Of a DNA stretch of 64,000 bases, positions 30,201 through 42,835 are shown piece after piece (within the stretch, counting starts at the first letter, position 1; each line of letters starts with the position of its first letter). Made by a program: the position numbers and the translations under genes. The notes below the pieces were generated by a model. The model saw only the letters and a program-made list of their open reading frames with translations. It was not told the DNA's origin and ran no database searches. This DNA comes from the human T2T-CHM13v2.0 reference genome, Homo sapiens. The stretch lies in assembly GCF_009914755.1 (NCBI RefSeq), contig NC_060926.1; one strand, written 5' to 3'.

Positions 30201-31286
30201 ATTTGTGACTCAATATCAACAGCAACCCATTGCAGAGCCATGGATATTGTCCTAGATGTGTATAGAATAGCCTGGTTTCCCTGTTGTTCCTTGGGTGGGT
30301 GGCAGCTGCATCCATGTCAGATCAATCTCAGTCTGAAGGTGTGTTGCAGCCCAATGTTAAACTGTCAAAATGGCATCTTGGTCCTGGGACCAGAGAGGGC
30401 AAGGCACCTCTCAGGGAAGTAGTGTGGACAGGAAACTGTGAGGAGTGCAGCCTGTTCACATCTCAGTCTAAACAGCAGCCTATTGCAGAGTAATGGGTCT
30501 CACCTTAGATATGATATGCATAGGATAGCCTGGTTTCCCTGTTTCTCCTTGGCTGGGTGGTTGCTGCAGCTGTGTTAGCCCAACCTCGGGCTGAGGGTAG
30601 GACACAGCCCAGTGTTAAACTCAGAAAATGGTGCCCTGGGCCTAGAAACAGAGAAGGTGGGGTTCCTTCCAGGCAAGCAGTGTGGGTAAGAAGCTATGGG
30701 GAGTATGGTCTGCTCCTGTCTCATTCTCAACATCAGCCCGCAGAAGGGTGGCAGGGACCCTCCCAGGGGCATGTGGGAGGGTCTTGTCTCCCCTCCCCAT
30801 CCTTGGGGCAGCACAGTGGCAGCAGCCATGTCTGTAGATCCCCAGTATCAAGGCTCTCAAAATGGCTGCCAGCTGAGCCTTCTCCAGGCTCAGATGCCTG
30901 TGGGATTTTGTCTGGGTTCCCATTCTGGAGCAACATCTCTGTGCAAACTTCAGGCAGCTCCGTATGTCAGGCCCAAAGCCTAATGGGTTGAAGGTTTCTT
31001 TGGTAGCCAAGATTGTAAAAGCCCATTTTGGAACCCTGGGGGTTTCTCTTTTACTGTTTTCCTGCATCCAGAAGCCTTCCTTGGTTTTCAGTTGGTTCCT
31101 GGCTGGGCGAGCTGCCTTGAACCCTCTTACTTACTTCTGTGCTTTCCATCTCTTCTCTGGTGAATCCCAACATTCTCTCCTACATGATCTGTTCAAAATC
31201 TGAGTTTCTACTTACTATTCTAGCTCTTCTCTATGGAGAAGGCATACACTACCTTCATCTAGTCAGCCCTCTTGATCCGTCTCTCC

Positions 31287-31785
31287 TGTAATGATTAATT
31301 TTATGTGTCAGTTTGGGCTAAGGGTGCCCATGTAGCTGGTAATTATTTCTAGGTGTGTCTGAGAAGGTGTTTCTGGAATAGTCTATGATTTAAATGGATA
31401 GACAGAGTAAAGCAGATGGCTCTTACCAATGTGGATGGGCATCATCCAACTACTGAGCACCCTGATGGAACAAAAAGTGGAAGAAGAACAAGTTGTCTCC
31501 TTCTCTCCTTGTGCTGGGACACTTATCTTCTCCTGATCTCAGGCATCAGAGATCTTTATTCTTAGGCCTTTGGACTCTGGGGGCTTACACCAGTGGTGCC
31601 CCTGGTTCTCACGCTTTGGGCTTAGACTGAATGACACCACCAGCTTTCCTGGTTCTCCAACTTGCAGATGGCAGAGCGCGGGACATCTTGGCCTCCATAA
31701 TAGTGTAAGCCAATTCCCATAACAAACCCTCAAATATATGTATCTCATATTTGTTCGGTTTCCCTGGAAAACCCCAATGAATACC
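31287..31785 (+). mobile_element. ERVL solo LTR, MLT2B-like
   Basis: 'tgtaatgattaattttatgtgtcag...accaatgtggatgggcatcatccaac...cttgcagatggcag'. Confidence 0.85.
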
Positions 31786-32484
31786 AAGGTACTAGGAAGA
31801 AAATGAAATGTGATACAGGACAGAAAATGACTAGGAGAAGTGGCAGGGAGGGAGCTGGCACTTTAGCTAGAAAGGATGGGAAAAGTTCCTCGGAGATGAC
31901 CAAAGGAAGTAAAGTAGGCTTGCAGGAGAAGTATTCTAGGCAAGTGAGCCAAAATTGCATGTTTGGAAGGGGCAGGGAGAAAGACAGTGGAGGGGACTGG
32001 GGATACAGGGGAGGGGAGACTAGTAGATGAGGTCAGAGAGGGAGCTCTGATACTGGCTGGCTTTGTGGGTCATGGTGAGAGCTAGGATTTTTACTCTAAA
32101 GTCAATGGGAAACTTTGGAAGTTTTAGTCAGAGGAGTGGTAAGATCAGATTCATCCTTTAAAAAGATCACTCTGGTTGGCACATGGAAAAAAAGGATGTT
32201 GGGAGTAAGAATGGAAGCAGAGTAAGTAAGTAAGTTGGCAGGCCATGCTGGGATCCAGGCCAGATATGATGATGGCTTGGACCAGAATTTGCGCACTGGA
32301 GGAGGAGAGACGTAGTCAAAATTCAGGATGTATGTTGGAGGCAGATTCATTTTGTATAGGGAGTAAATAAAGGCAGTGATCAAAGATGAACCCCCTGGGT
32401 GTTTGGCAAAAGTAAAAAGACAGGCAAAAGCAGAAAGTAATAGGGACCAGCAAAGAGTTGATTTAGGGTACTGAATACAACATT

Positions 32485-32700
32485 AACTTTGGAATCAGAA
32501 AACCTGTTTAATTCCTATGTCACTTCCCAGCTGTATGACCCTTGGACAAGGGACTTACCTTCTCTGGGTGCTGGTGTCTTCAGGGTGACAGTATTTATGT
32601 CTTCCCTAGATTGTTGTGAGGGTTCAATAAGCTAATATATGTCAACTATAATAGTATCTGACATGTAGTAAGTACCTAATAAAAGGTAGCTCTTATTACT
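32485..32700 (+). mobile_element. MIR SINE
   Basis: 'ctttggaatcaga...agctgtatgacccttggacaagggacttacct...ttgttgtgaggg'. Confidence 0.7.
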
Positions 32701-33769
32701 ACAGGTTCAAAACTATGCTGTGTTTTGTCCTCACAAAAGGCTTGTACATTAAAATATAAATATAAACGCATCCGGGTTCTTCTGTCTTCACATGTATAAG
32801 TGTTTTGGTTAGAGCTCAATGAAGGAGGAATCAGCTTTCTAGGACTGCTGATTATTTATTATAAACATTCTTTTTGTTTGTGCAGTTGAATATTTCCCCT
32901 TTCTGCTCTTCTTAATCTTGCCAACATTATTTCTTTGATTGATAATGATTGGTTTCATCAGGAATTAAAATACTTATTGTGCATTGAACACTCATAGGTG
33001 TATTCCTTTTATCAGCCGGGAATAGGAGACCCGTGCTGAGTACATCCTAGCACTCCTGATGTTAAGGCTAATTTACAAAGGAAAAATAGTCACCTTTTCT
33101 CTTTTCACTACTGGTTAAGAAGCAGCTTATGAAGGCAGTGCCATGAGGAAGGATGAGAGGATTAAGTGATTAATAACTGAATGGGAGGGGCCTGCTATTG
33201 GGCTGCTGGCAGGCTCTGAAAATGTTGCTCTCCAGATAGCAGAAGCCAAGCACTGAGTGCTTACTGTGCCTATGCAGCATGTAAAGGGATGGGCACGAGG
33301 TTGAAGAGATTGACTATAGACTTGAAGGAGTTTGGTAGAGCTGGAGTCAGGCAGGCATGGCATAGGGCAGAGACTGACATACAAAGGGCAGAACACAAGG
33401 GGGATTATAATGAGGGCTTACATATTGGGGCAACAAAAGCTACGGGGGCACAGAAGAGACAGCAATTCATTTCTACCTGTTCATCTTAGAAGCTTCTTGA
33501 AGGAGGTGGCATTTGAGCAAGACATACAGGCCAGTGGCACTTTGAGCTGTGGATCTGGTCTGAGCACGGACATGAAATGTTTTTTATTCTTCTTTCAGCC
33601 CTCAACATGGTACCTGACACACAGTGAGCTTTCAGAAAACACGAACTGACTAAATTACTCTGAAAGGTGTGTATATGGAACCATGGGTAGTCAGGCAGGT
33701 CTGGGATGTGGTGGGAAGGAATATTTTGCTGTCCTTAACTCTGTATTTTGATTTCACCTCCTTGTGTGT

Positions 33770-34050
33770 TTTTTTTTCATTGTTGTAAAATATATATAAC
33801 ATAAAATCTGTGCTTTTAGGCATTTTAAAGTGTACAATTCCATACCATTAATTAAATTCACAGTGTTGTGCAACCATCAGCACTGTTTCAGAAACTTTTC
33901 TTATTACCCTAAACCAAAACTCGATAACTGTGAAGCAATGACTCTGCATTCTCCCCTGCCTCTTAGCCTCTGGCGACCTCTAATCTACTTTCTGTGGCTC
34001 TGAATTTGGCTATTCTAGGTATTTCATATAAGTGAAGTCATACTATATTT
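33770..34050 (-). mobile_element. L1MB-type 3' end
   Basis: 'ttttaaagtgtacaattc...ttcacagtgttgtgcaaccatca...taatctactttctgt'. Confidence 0.75.
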
Positions 34051-34422
34051 TCTTCACCACCTCCTCTTTTTATTATTAACCTGGAAATATCAGATAGTTT
34101 TGAGGCATTTTCTGCTTTAGCATGGCTTCAGGCTTTATGCAGGTCATATTGAGTGTACTGTCTTGTGACTATTTGATCTCACAAAGTAAAAATCTCTTAC
34201 AAAATGTTCAGCCTCACTTCTGGCATAGTCATGGGTGTGCTCATCTTTCTCTCTCTAGACTGCGAGCTCTGGGCAGCCAGGCAGGTGCTTCACTTTCCTT
34301 TTTTTTTTGGATGTTACATATCTCTCTTGATGATGACAGTGTAAATAAATATAAAATAATACAAATTAACTGAATTCGATACACAAGGTATGATCAAAGA
34401 GAAGATAAAAGTGATGGAGAGT

Positions 34423-35428
34423 CATGTGTGTTTATACTAGAATGATTTATAATCCTCTGGGTATATACCCAGTAATGGGATGGCTGGGCCAAATGGTATT
34501 TCTGGTTCTAGATCTTTGAGGAATCACCACACTGTCTTCCACAATGGTTGAACTAATTTATACTCCCACCAACAGTGTAAAAGGGTTCCCATTTCTCCAC
34601 AGCCTCACCAGGATGTATTGTTTCCTGACTTTTTAATAATCATCATTCTGACTAGCGTGAGATGGTATCTCATTGTGGTTTTGTTTGCATTTCTCTGATG
34701 ATCAGTGATGATGAGCTTTTTTTTTTAATATGTTTGTTGTCTGCATAAATATCTTTTTTTGAGAAGTGTCTGTTCACATCCCTCACCCACTTTTTGATGG
34801 GGTTGTTTGTTTTTTTCTTGTAAATTTGTTTAAGTTCCTTGTAGATTCTGGATATTAGAACTTTGTCAGATGAGTAGATTGCAAAAATTTTCTCCCATTC
34901 TGTAGGTTGCCTGTTTACTCTGATGCTAGTTTCTTTTGCTGAGCAGAAGCTCCTTTTTTTATTGCAGCACTAGTCACAACAGGAAAGACTGGGAATCAAC
35001 CCAAATGCCCATCAACGATAGACTGGATTAAAAAAACGTAGCACGTATACACTATGGAATACTATGCAGCCATAAAAAGAATGAGATCATGTCCTTTGAA
35101 GGGACATAGATGAAGCTGAAAGCCATCATTCTCAGCAAACTAACACAGGAACAGAAAACCAAACACCACATGCTCTCACTCGTAAGTGGGAGCTGAACAA
35201 CGGGAACACATGGACACAGGGAGGGGAACAACACACACCAGGGCCTGTTGAGGGGTGGGGGGCAAAGGGAGGGAAAGCACTAGGACAAACACCCAATGTA
35301 TGCAGGGCCTAAAACCTAGATGACAGGTTGATAGGTACAGCAAACCACTATGGCACATGCACACCTATGCAACAAACCTGCACATTCTGCACATGTATCC
35401 CAGAATCAAAAGTAAAATTAAAAAAAAA
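34423..35428 (+). mobile_element. 5'-inverted (twin-primed) L1PA8-like insertion: antisense arm 34423-34953, sense arm ~34958-35428
   Basis: The arms are nearly adjacent in L1 coordinates; 3' UTR 'aaaacctagatgacaggttgatagg' is L1PA8-type; poly(A) at right. Confidence 0.88.
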
Positions 35429-35956
35429 TTGAAAGGTTAGAGGTCAAAAAAAAAAAAATTCTTCCCTTTGGGAAGGATTTTTAGCTCCCAAATTACAAAA
35501 TGAACTACCAAAGATTATGCATTTATTTTAGCATTATAAATATGTTACTAGTTTGACCTCCATTGCAGTTCTAAGGTAAGCTAACTGTTTTAATTACAAT
35601 AGTGATTTTGTAGTACATTTTAATAAAACTGGAGTGTTTCATAAATTTCCCAATTATGACATCATTTTAAGGCACTATTTAATTGACACTTTATTAAATT
35701 GGAGGATTACACAATTAGAGCTCATTTTTTGTTGATTCTGAAAATTTATTTTTAAATAAATATTTTTATTTTTGAATCGGCATTCATTTTATTACAAAGA
35801 CTAACATATTTTTGCATGTAAGATAAACTTTACTTTCTCTATTTCCCACTGAAATATCCTATTATTCCAATTTTATTTAATAAATGGTAATTTTTTCAGT
35901 ACTATTATATACCAAGTTCTATATACCAGCGTATATATAATTTGTAGGCTCTTGAT

Positions 35957-35958
<2 letters not shown>

Positions 35959-36004
<46 letters not shown>

Positions 36005-36238
36005 AAGTTCTAGGGTACATGTGCACAACGTGGAGGTTTGCCACACAGGTATACATGTGCCATGCTGGCCTGCTGCACCCAACAACTCTTCATTTACATT
36101 AGGTATTTCTCCCAATGCTATCACTCCCCCAGGCCCCCATCCCCCGACAGGCCCCCCTGCATGATGCTCCCCGCCCTGTGTCCATGTGCCCCCGCCGTTC
36201 AACTCCCACCCATGATTGAGAACATGTGGCGTTTGGTT
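35959..36238 (-). mobile_element. Short L1PA6-like 3' fragment with a 41-nt pure poly(T) tail, unusually T>C substituted
   Basis: 'ctttaagttctagggtacatgtgcacaacgtg' is the exact reverse complement of the in-window L1PA6 3' end; no TSD found. Confidence 0.9.
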
Positions 36239-36506
36239 CAGGGAACACACAGGTCTGGGAAGTCCCATGCACTCAGTCATGTTTGCTGAATAAAAGCATG
36301 AGTCAATGCAGGAAAAAAAAGAGGAAAAAACTTTTTGCAAGAGAATGTTTAACAGTGGGGAATGAGAAAGACTGGTATTGAGACCAAAGATATTTAAGAG
36401 TTTTAAGAAAAAAAGAGGAAGCACAAAAGAACATATCTAGAGCCCAGAACGACACAAAACTCATCCAAGCAGTGAGATAACAAGGCAGTAAGAAAAGCCC
36501 TTAGCA

Positions 36507-36812
<306 letters not shown>

Positions 36813-39800
36813 TTAGCAATATCTTACAAGGCAGGACATTGACAGGTGAGGTCAGTGAGGATAAACGTTAATGGTGTGATTGATTGGAGTAACAGCTACC
36901 TTTCAATAGGTCTGCTACTGAACCTTATATAGGGTATCCGTTTTCTTTGTGGCAGTCTTGTGATGTGCCATTAATCCACCTCTCAAGTGACGAAGTTGAA
37001 TTTTAGAGATACTCAGTTACCCGCTCTAACTCATAAACTCTAGTAAGTAGCTGAGTTGGGATTAGAATCAAAGTCTGTCTGGCTCCAAGGCCCAGGTTTT
37101 TTTCCGCTATGAGAAAAGCTGTCTCTCACATTTGGAGTGTGGACTAGGGGAGAGACTGAGAAAATGACGATCCAAGAATGAGATTAGTAAAGCATCATAG
37201 ATGAGTTTCTTGAAGACATTGGTCCAAAGTGCACCAAAGGGCCCCAAGAAATATTGGATACCACAGTGAAGGAGATTAGGGAAAATAAAACAACAAAAAG
37301 TCTTATTCTGCTCACAGCAAAGCCAGAAGAAAAATGATCACGAGTGCAATGCTAGTATAAACACTGGAAGGGTGAGGACTTGTAATAGCACCCACCCCTG
37401 CATGTTCCTTGTCATCATGTAGTGCAGAAGCAACACATATTATTAAAAATAGTTCTGAAGCCCATGGTAGAGCAGCCACTTCTCTTCCTTTTAGCTCACC
37501 CAGGCTAACACAATAGCAAAAGAAAACTCGTCAATTTTTTACAAAATGCACAGCAGGCATTTACCCTCAGATGCTTTAAAAAACAGAGATATTTGTACTT
37601 ACAGGCTATTAGTTGCTACAGAGTAATGTCTGCTAGGGCTGTTTTTTCCATCAGGGGAATCAAATTTCTTGTTGTGCTATTAGCTTCCCACTATATCATT
37701 TTTAAAGGCGAGTCATAAAATGTTTTTTCTCTACTGTGGCAGCAAGGGGGAAACTTTATTAGGGAAAAAGTAATGCAGTTAGAAAGAGTCCTGTAAACTC
37801 AAAATCTGTTTAGGGCACTTAATTCTGGGCTTTACAGAGCAACTGCATCTTTATTTGCAAATAAACATGCAGCTCTTCAATGCACATGTCAGGCAGAAAG
37901 AATGTTCATGTGGGTGTTTGGGCTGTGCCGATTTCATGGCACGGTGGAAAATTTGGGGATGAGAAGGGTAGGTTGGTAGGATCAATCAAATAAGGACTTC
38001 TGTTTGTTGCTCATTTTGTGGCTGGAGTAGGTGTGGAAGGTCAGTGTGTCTGAGAATGAAAGTGGCTTGATGTTTCCTTCTTTCCTATCCCCTGACCTCA
38101 TTTCCAAAGAGTAACAACTAGTCTGGTTGTTACTCATTGTTACTCAACTGATTAGTGACTGATTTTGACTTGTTATTTGCCCCACCATGAAAACAACCAC
38201 AAAAATACCCTAAGCATTATAAAAATAATATACATTCATCACAGAAAACTTGGAAAATATAGAAAAGCAGAGAGAAAAAAGAGAACAAGTAATCATCATC
38301 TTTTTCTTACCACTCAGGAAAAAGTAACTGGATTAAGTTTATCTGTTGATTTTTTTTGCCGATTAAAAACATAGTTATGATCATATTCTATATACAAAAT
38401 TACATATACTGAGTTAAACATCTATTTTTGTTCTTGTGATCCATGTGCTTTGCAGAAAACTTGAAAAATGTAAAAGTATAAAGAAAAAATAATTACATAG
38501 AATGTCACCATCCGGAGATAAATGCTGTTGTTCTATTTTAATGTATCATCATATAGTTTTTTCTATGCATTTAAAAATGTATTTGTTTCAAAGTTTAAAA
38601 TATAGTAAATGCAGGGACATTTGTAACTGTGAGGTGGAGGATGGGATAGGGTTTGGAGGAGATGATATTTTCCATAGACTAGTTTTTATTTGGTTTTCAC
38701 CAATTAAAAAAAGACAACTCTGAGACTTAGGCCATTCAATATGAATTTTAAAGTTGCAGAAAATCATTACTTGAGCTCTTTGGCAATGAAAATGCTTATT
38801 ATATTGCTCTATGTAGCTCTACTTTTATGGAAGAAAAAAGAAAAATATTTTAGTGATTCTCCCAGCACAGCATCTTAACCATGTAAAGAGTTTAGCTATT
38901 ATTAGAGCAAGTGCCGGAATAGAGTAATATAGGTCATTTTAAGTGGCACTCAAACATGGCAAAAGCTTTTATTTGAACTCTGGGATAGAGAACAGAATTC
39001 AAGAATGGATGTTTTCTGGAATTGATAAGGGAGAAAAAGCAGCCAAGAGTAGCACTGTTGGGCCAAGCTTCCCTGGGATGTGAAATCCATCTGAGGACAT
39101 GGAATCCAACAGACATTAAGTTTGTGGCCCAAACAGAGTAAGGGAAGTGATTTTATCCCATAACTGACACATTTTTGAGCTCTTAAATGTGATTCTTCTT
39201 TTGGTTCCTAGAGTACATTGTTAGTGACTTCTTTTTCCACAATGGAATGTTTGGTAGCCTGTTGCAACTTTGCCTTGGGAAACAAGTTTGCTGGGTATAC
39301 AATTCTTGGCCTAAAACCTCCTCCTTTGAAATAGTAATTGTAAAATAGTTTTAAAAACTAAAATTCTAATATTAATGTTAATAGTAAAACAACTAAGTTT
39401 AAGGTTTATTTGCTATTTTTTACTTTTAGAATATATACCCCTAAGAAGGTACAGTCATAGTTTTGTATTCAAAGAAATTTTAAATACTGATTTTCTCTGT
39501 GTGATTACCAATTTTATATGCAATTAGACTCATTTGTTTCCAATTGTGTGTGATTTTAAGGCCTATTTTTACATAAAATCTTTTAAATTATTTACTCCTT
39601 TTTCATATAAGGTAAACATTACCTCTATTTGACAGATGAGAAGAAAGAGAGGTTGAGTGATTTTACATAGGCTTGTGAGCACTAGCATCAGGACCAGTGC
39701 TCATGGCATCTACTGCTGAGAAGGTGAGTATTCCATTCCATTATCTCTCTCTGAAATCCACCTAGGGGATGGTAGATGGTTTTTATCTGCTGGCATCCAG

Positions 39801-39859
39801 TGCTGTTTCTTTGGCAAGGAAACAAGACCTCATATTTTCTATGGAAAATTTATGCTTAT

Positions 39860-40340
39860 TTTTAATTTAATTTTTAAATATGTAAAATATATATATTATA
39901 CATGGTTCAAAAATCAAAATTATATACAAAAATATATTTTAGAGAAGTTTCTATTCCTTTCTTTTCCACCTTATAATCCTTATAATCACCACTCTCTGTA
40001 GACAACCATTAGTCAATATTTATGTTTCTTTAAAAAATAAGCAAAATTGTGTGTGTGTCTTTGTATACTCATTCCCCCATTTTTCTTACAAAAACATGCT
40101 GAGCTCTAATAACATTTTATACTTTGATTTTTTTTTGCTTAACAATGCATTATAGAATATATATTACTCCATATTTATTCATAGAGATCTTGATTCTGCT
40201 ATATGGTTACATGGTTCCCTATGGTGTATCATAGGCTACTTAACAGCCCTCTATGGAGAGACATTTGGGTTTCCAGACTTTTGCTTTGACAAATGCCACA
40301 GCCTTAAGTAACCTTTTACGTAGGTAGTTATTTTTAGGCT
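39860..40340 (-). mobile_element. Ancient L1ME-type 3' fragment
   Basis: 'acatggttcaaaaatcaaaa', 'ttaacagccctctatggagagacatttgggtttccag'. Confidence 0.55.
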
Positions 40341-42116
40341 CTTTGTCATTGTATTTTTGTTCATGTGGTCTCTGTCCTGTGGAGAAGCCCATGGTCAGAT
40401 GTTCTCATTCAAGTTCTACTTGCTTTATAGTATAAGTAAATTCATTTTGGATACATGGTGTTAGGTTGATGCAAGTTTAGACGTCAGTTGTCATAAGTAC
40501 AAGCTGTTCTTTCCTTTCGTATATTCTTGAAAGTTTGTACAAGGGTTGAATGTGGAAAGCCAGACAATAGACTTATTTGATATAAAAGAGGTAGGAGTTC
40601 CATTCCTAGAAAGCTAAAAAGGTGATGAAACCACTAATTACACCTCCGTTTTTTAAACACAATCATTTATGATTTATTGCCAACATTTGGTACATGTTCT
40701 TTAATTGTGTTCTGTTCCTTCACAATTAATTGAACATGCAATTGACCTGTCTGAGTCCAGTGAGAATCTGATTAAGGTGAAAGATTCTCTGTCTTCAGGC
40801 TGCTTAAGTGATTTTCATCTTTGTCTCAATTGTTAAGTTTATATGACCTATACTTCTTATCCCTGGTATCAGCACTTTCATTTTTCTGTTTTTGACTCAT
40901 TTTTATAAAACAATTTGACAATACAATAAACATAAAAACAATTGCATAAACATTTCTAGACTGAAGTAAACAATGGAACCGCAGGTAACACCACTATGTG
41001 ATAGCTTGAATTGATTATTTCTAGGCAGTTGCATGACAATCAGAATTTAGCATACACAGAGAGGTTTGGAGTGATAATATGTAGTGTTTGGAATGTACAG
41101 ACTGTTTGGAAGGCAAATTAATGAAAGCTGAGCAGCCTCTGTATTTTGTGAGAAGTTGGGAGAGTTTGCATGGGCAGCTGCTATGTCAATGCCATTTAAA
41201 ATTGAACAATAAAAATGCTGAGAAAAATGTGTAGGCAGCCTTCAAATTATGACCTAACAGGAACACAAATTGCATGACAAAGTTGGTTATTTGATAGACA
41301 GTTCTAATTCTTGCCCTCACTTCTATTTTACCCTTTCCGTCCATCCCCACCTACCCCCAAGTTTTACTTGAATCCTGGGAGGTCTCTGAAAAGAGGAATA
41401 CTGAGGGCAGGAGCCAACTAAAAAAATGCATGAATGAGAGGTGCTTTGGTTCTTGTATTTGTCCAGGTCCTACTCACTAAGTTTTAATAAGGCAAGTGAT
41501 TTTACCTTTCCGTCTTGGGTGTGAATCATGGCTTATCAATGACATTGAAATATGCACACCAACTCTGGACAGTGCTTGAAGAAATAATTCTACTGGCTTT
41601 AGAAAGCCTGCAAGGGATGGCAGGATACCCCTGCTGACTTCATGGGGAAGAAATGTGTGGCCTGGAGCAGGGTGCCAGGAAACGCAGGATGGATCAGAGA
41701 GCTTCAGGGTGTGCACAAGATGAAACTACAAGCCAGGGTCAAGTCATGAGTCTGAGACTGAAAAACATCAAAAGAAGTCAAAAGAAAGGTTTTGGAGGAG
41801 GCCAAGAACAAACCCTGAGGGGTGGAGTTGGGATCAAAATGGGATGCTGAAGAAGAGAGGGTGACACCAAACTACAAGTTTTAAACAGGAGAGAAACCAG
41901 AATGAACTGTCGTTAACAGCAGAGAGTTCCTGGGGGGTGTGGCTTAGAGACTGAGAGCCAGCTGTGCAACCTGCATGCCCCTTTTACAAAAGGCACACAC
42001 ACAAGGCAAGGGTTAGTTAAATAGAAAAGCAAGGAGAGAAAAACTGGATGCATGGGATGAATGTCCAGGGAATTAAAGCATTGGAATAATGACTATGATG
42101 AGGATTTTTGGAAGAC

Positions 42117-42835
42117 TGGTTTTCAGACTGTTTCATGGAGCAGCTTTGGTGCTCCCACATGGATGGGGAGTTTGCCTTCAGTGTTCCCCATCAATGGGAA
42201 GGGAGAGGGTGGGAGAGGAGAGATGACTTGCAAGGGAAGGGATGGGAGGCTGCTGCTTCACACTCCCACTTGACCACAATAGTTCTCCTTTTACATATTG
42301 GTGGGGGGATCTGTGTAAGATTTCATTTGAAAGACAGGTTCTGCTGTGTATTAGTTTCCTGTGGCTGCTATAACAAATTGCCATAAGGTTGGTGGCAATG
42401 TCAGAAATGACAGAAACTTATTCTTTTATGGTCCTGGAGATAGGAAGTCTGCAATCACAGGGTGCCCAGCATCACACTCCTGTGGGAGGCTTTAGGGGAG
42501 AACCCGTTCCTGGCCTCTTCCAGCTCCTGGTGGCTGTCCACGTTCCTTGGCTTGTGTCTGCTTCTCTCTGCTCCATCTTCATGTCATCTTTTTCTCTGTA
42601 GAGGTGTCTAATACCCCCTGCCTGTCTTTTATAAGGATACTTGTGATGGTGTTTAGGGTTTACAGGGATAATCCAGGATAATCTTTTTATCTCTAAATCC
42701 TCAGCTGAGATACATCTACAAAAGACTTCCAAGTAAGGTGACATTCACACATTGCAGGGATTAGGATGTGGACATATCTTTTTTGGGCTCATCATTCAGC
42801 CCATTACATGCTGTTAAAAAAGGTATGAAACTTTT
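42117..42835. mobile_element. hAT-Charlie MITE (MER112-like) interrupted by MLT1C
   Basis: 'ctggttttcagactgtttcatggagc' ... 'gatttcatttgaaagacaggttctgctg|ttaaaaaaggtatgaaact'. Confidence 0.5.
42347..42808 (-). mobile_element. MLT1C-like MaLR solo LTR
   Basis: 'tgtattagtttcctgtggctgctataacaaattgcc...attcagcccattaca'; perfect 5-bp TSD tgctg. Confidence 0.88.

Larger units (their letters stand above)
26032..31286 (-). mobile_element. Older LINE-1 (L1PB4/L1PA17-like) with both ends but two large ORF2 deletions and a ~2.1 kb 5' UTR
   Basis: 3' UTR 'gtgaagtctgggcttttagtgtacc'; minus-strand RT/EN/ORF1 remnants ([29 protein letters not shown]); 5' end rc 'ggagagacggatcaagagggctgactag'; degenerate TSD tgtgatggtt/tgtaatgatt. 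Confidence 0.85.

Noticed and set aside
36000-36238. ADAR-hyperedited L1 RNA retrotransposed as the explanation for the sense A>G excess
   Set aside because: The neighbouring opposite-orientation L1PA8 and the AluY show the same plus-strand T>C polarity, favouring an in-situ process; not fully excluded.
35873-36424. 183-aa minus-strand ORF with poly-Lys
   Set aside because: Read-through of L1 3' UTR and poly(A) tail; non-ATG start.
39636-39723. Possible exon ending at AAG|GTGAGT
   Set aside because: Acceptor comes from an antisense MIR-like core, length not frame-preserving, no other support.
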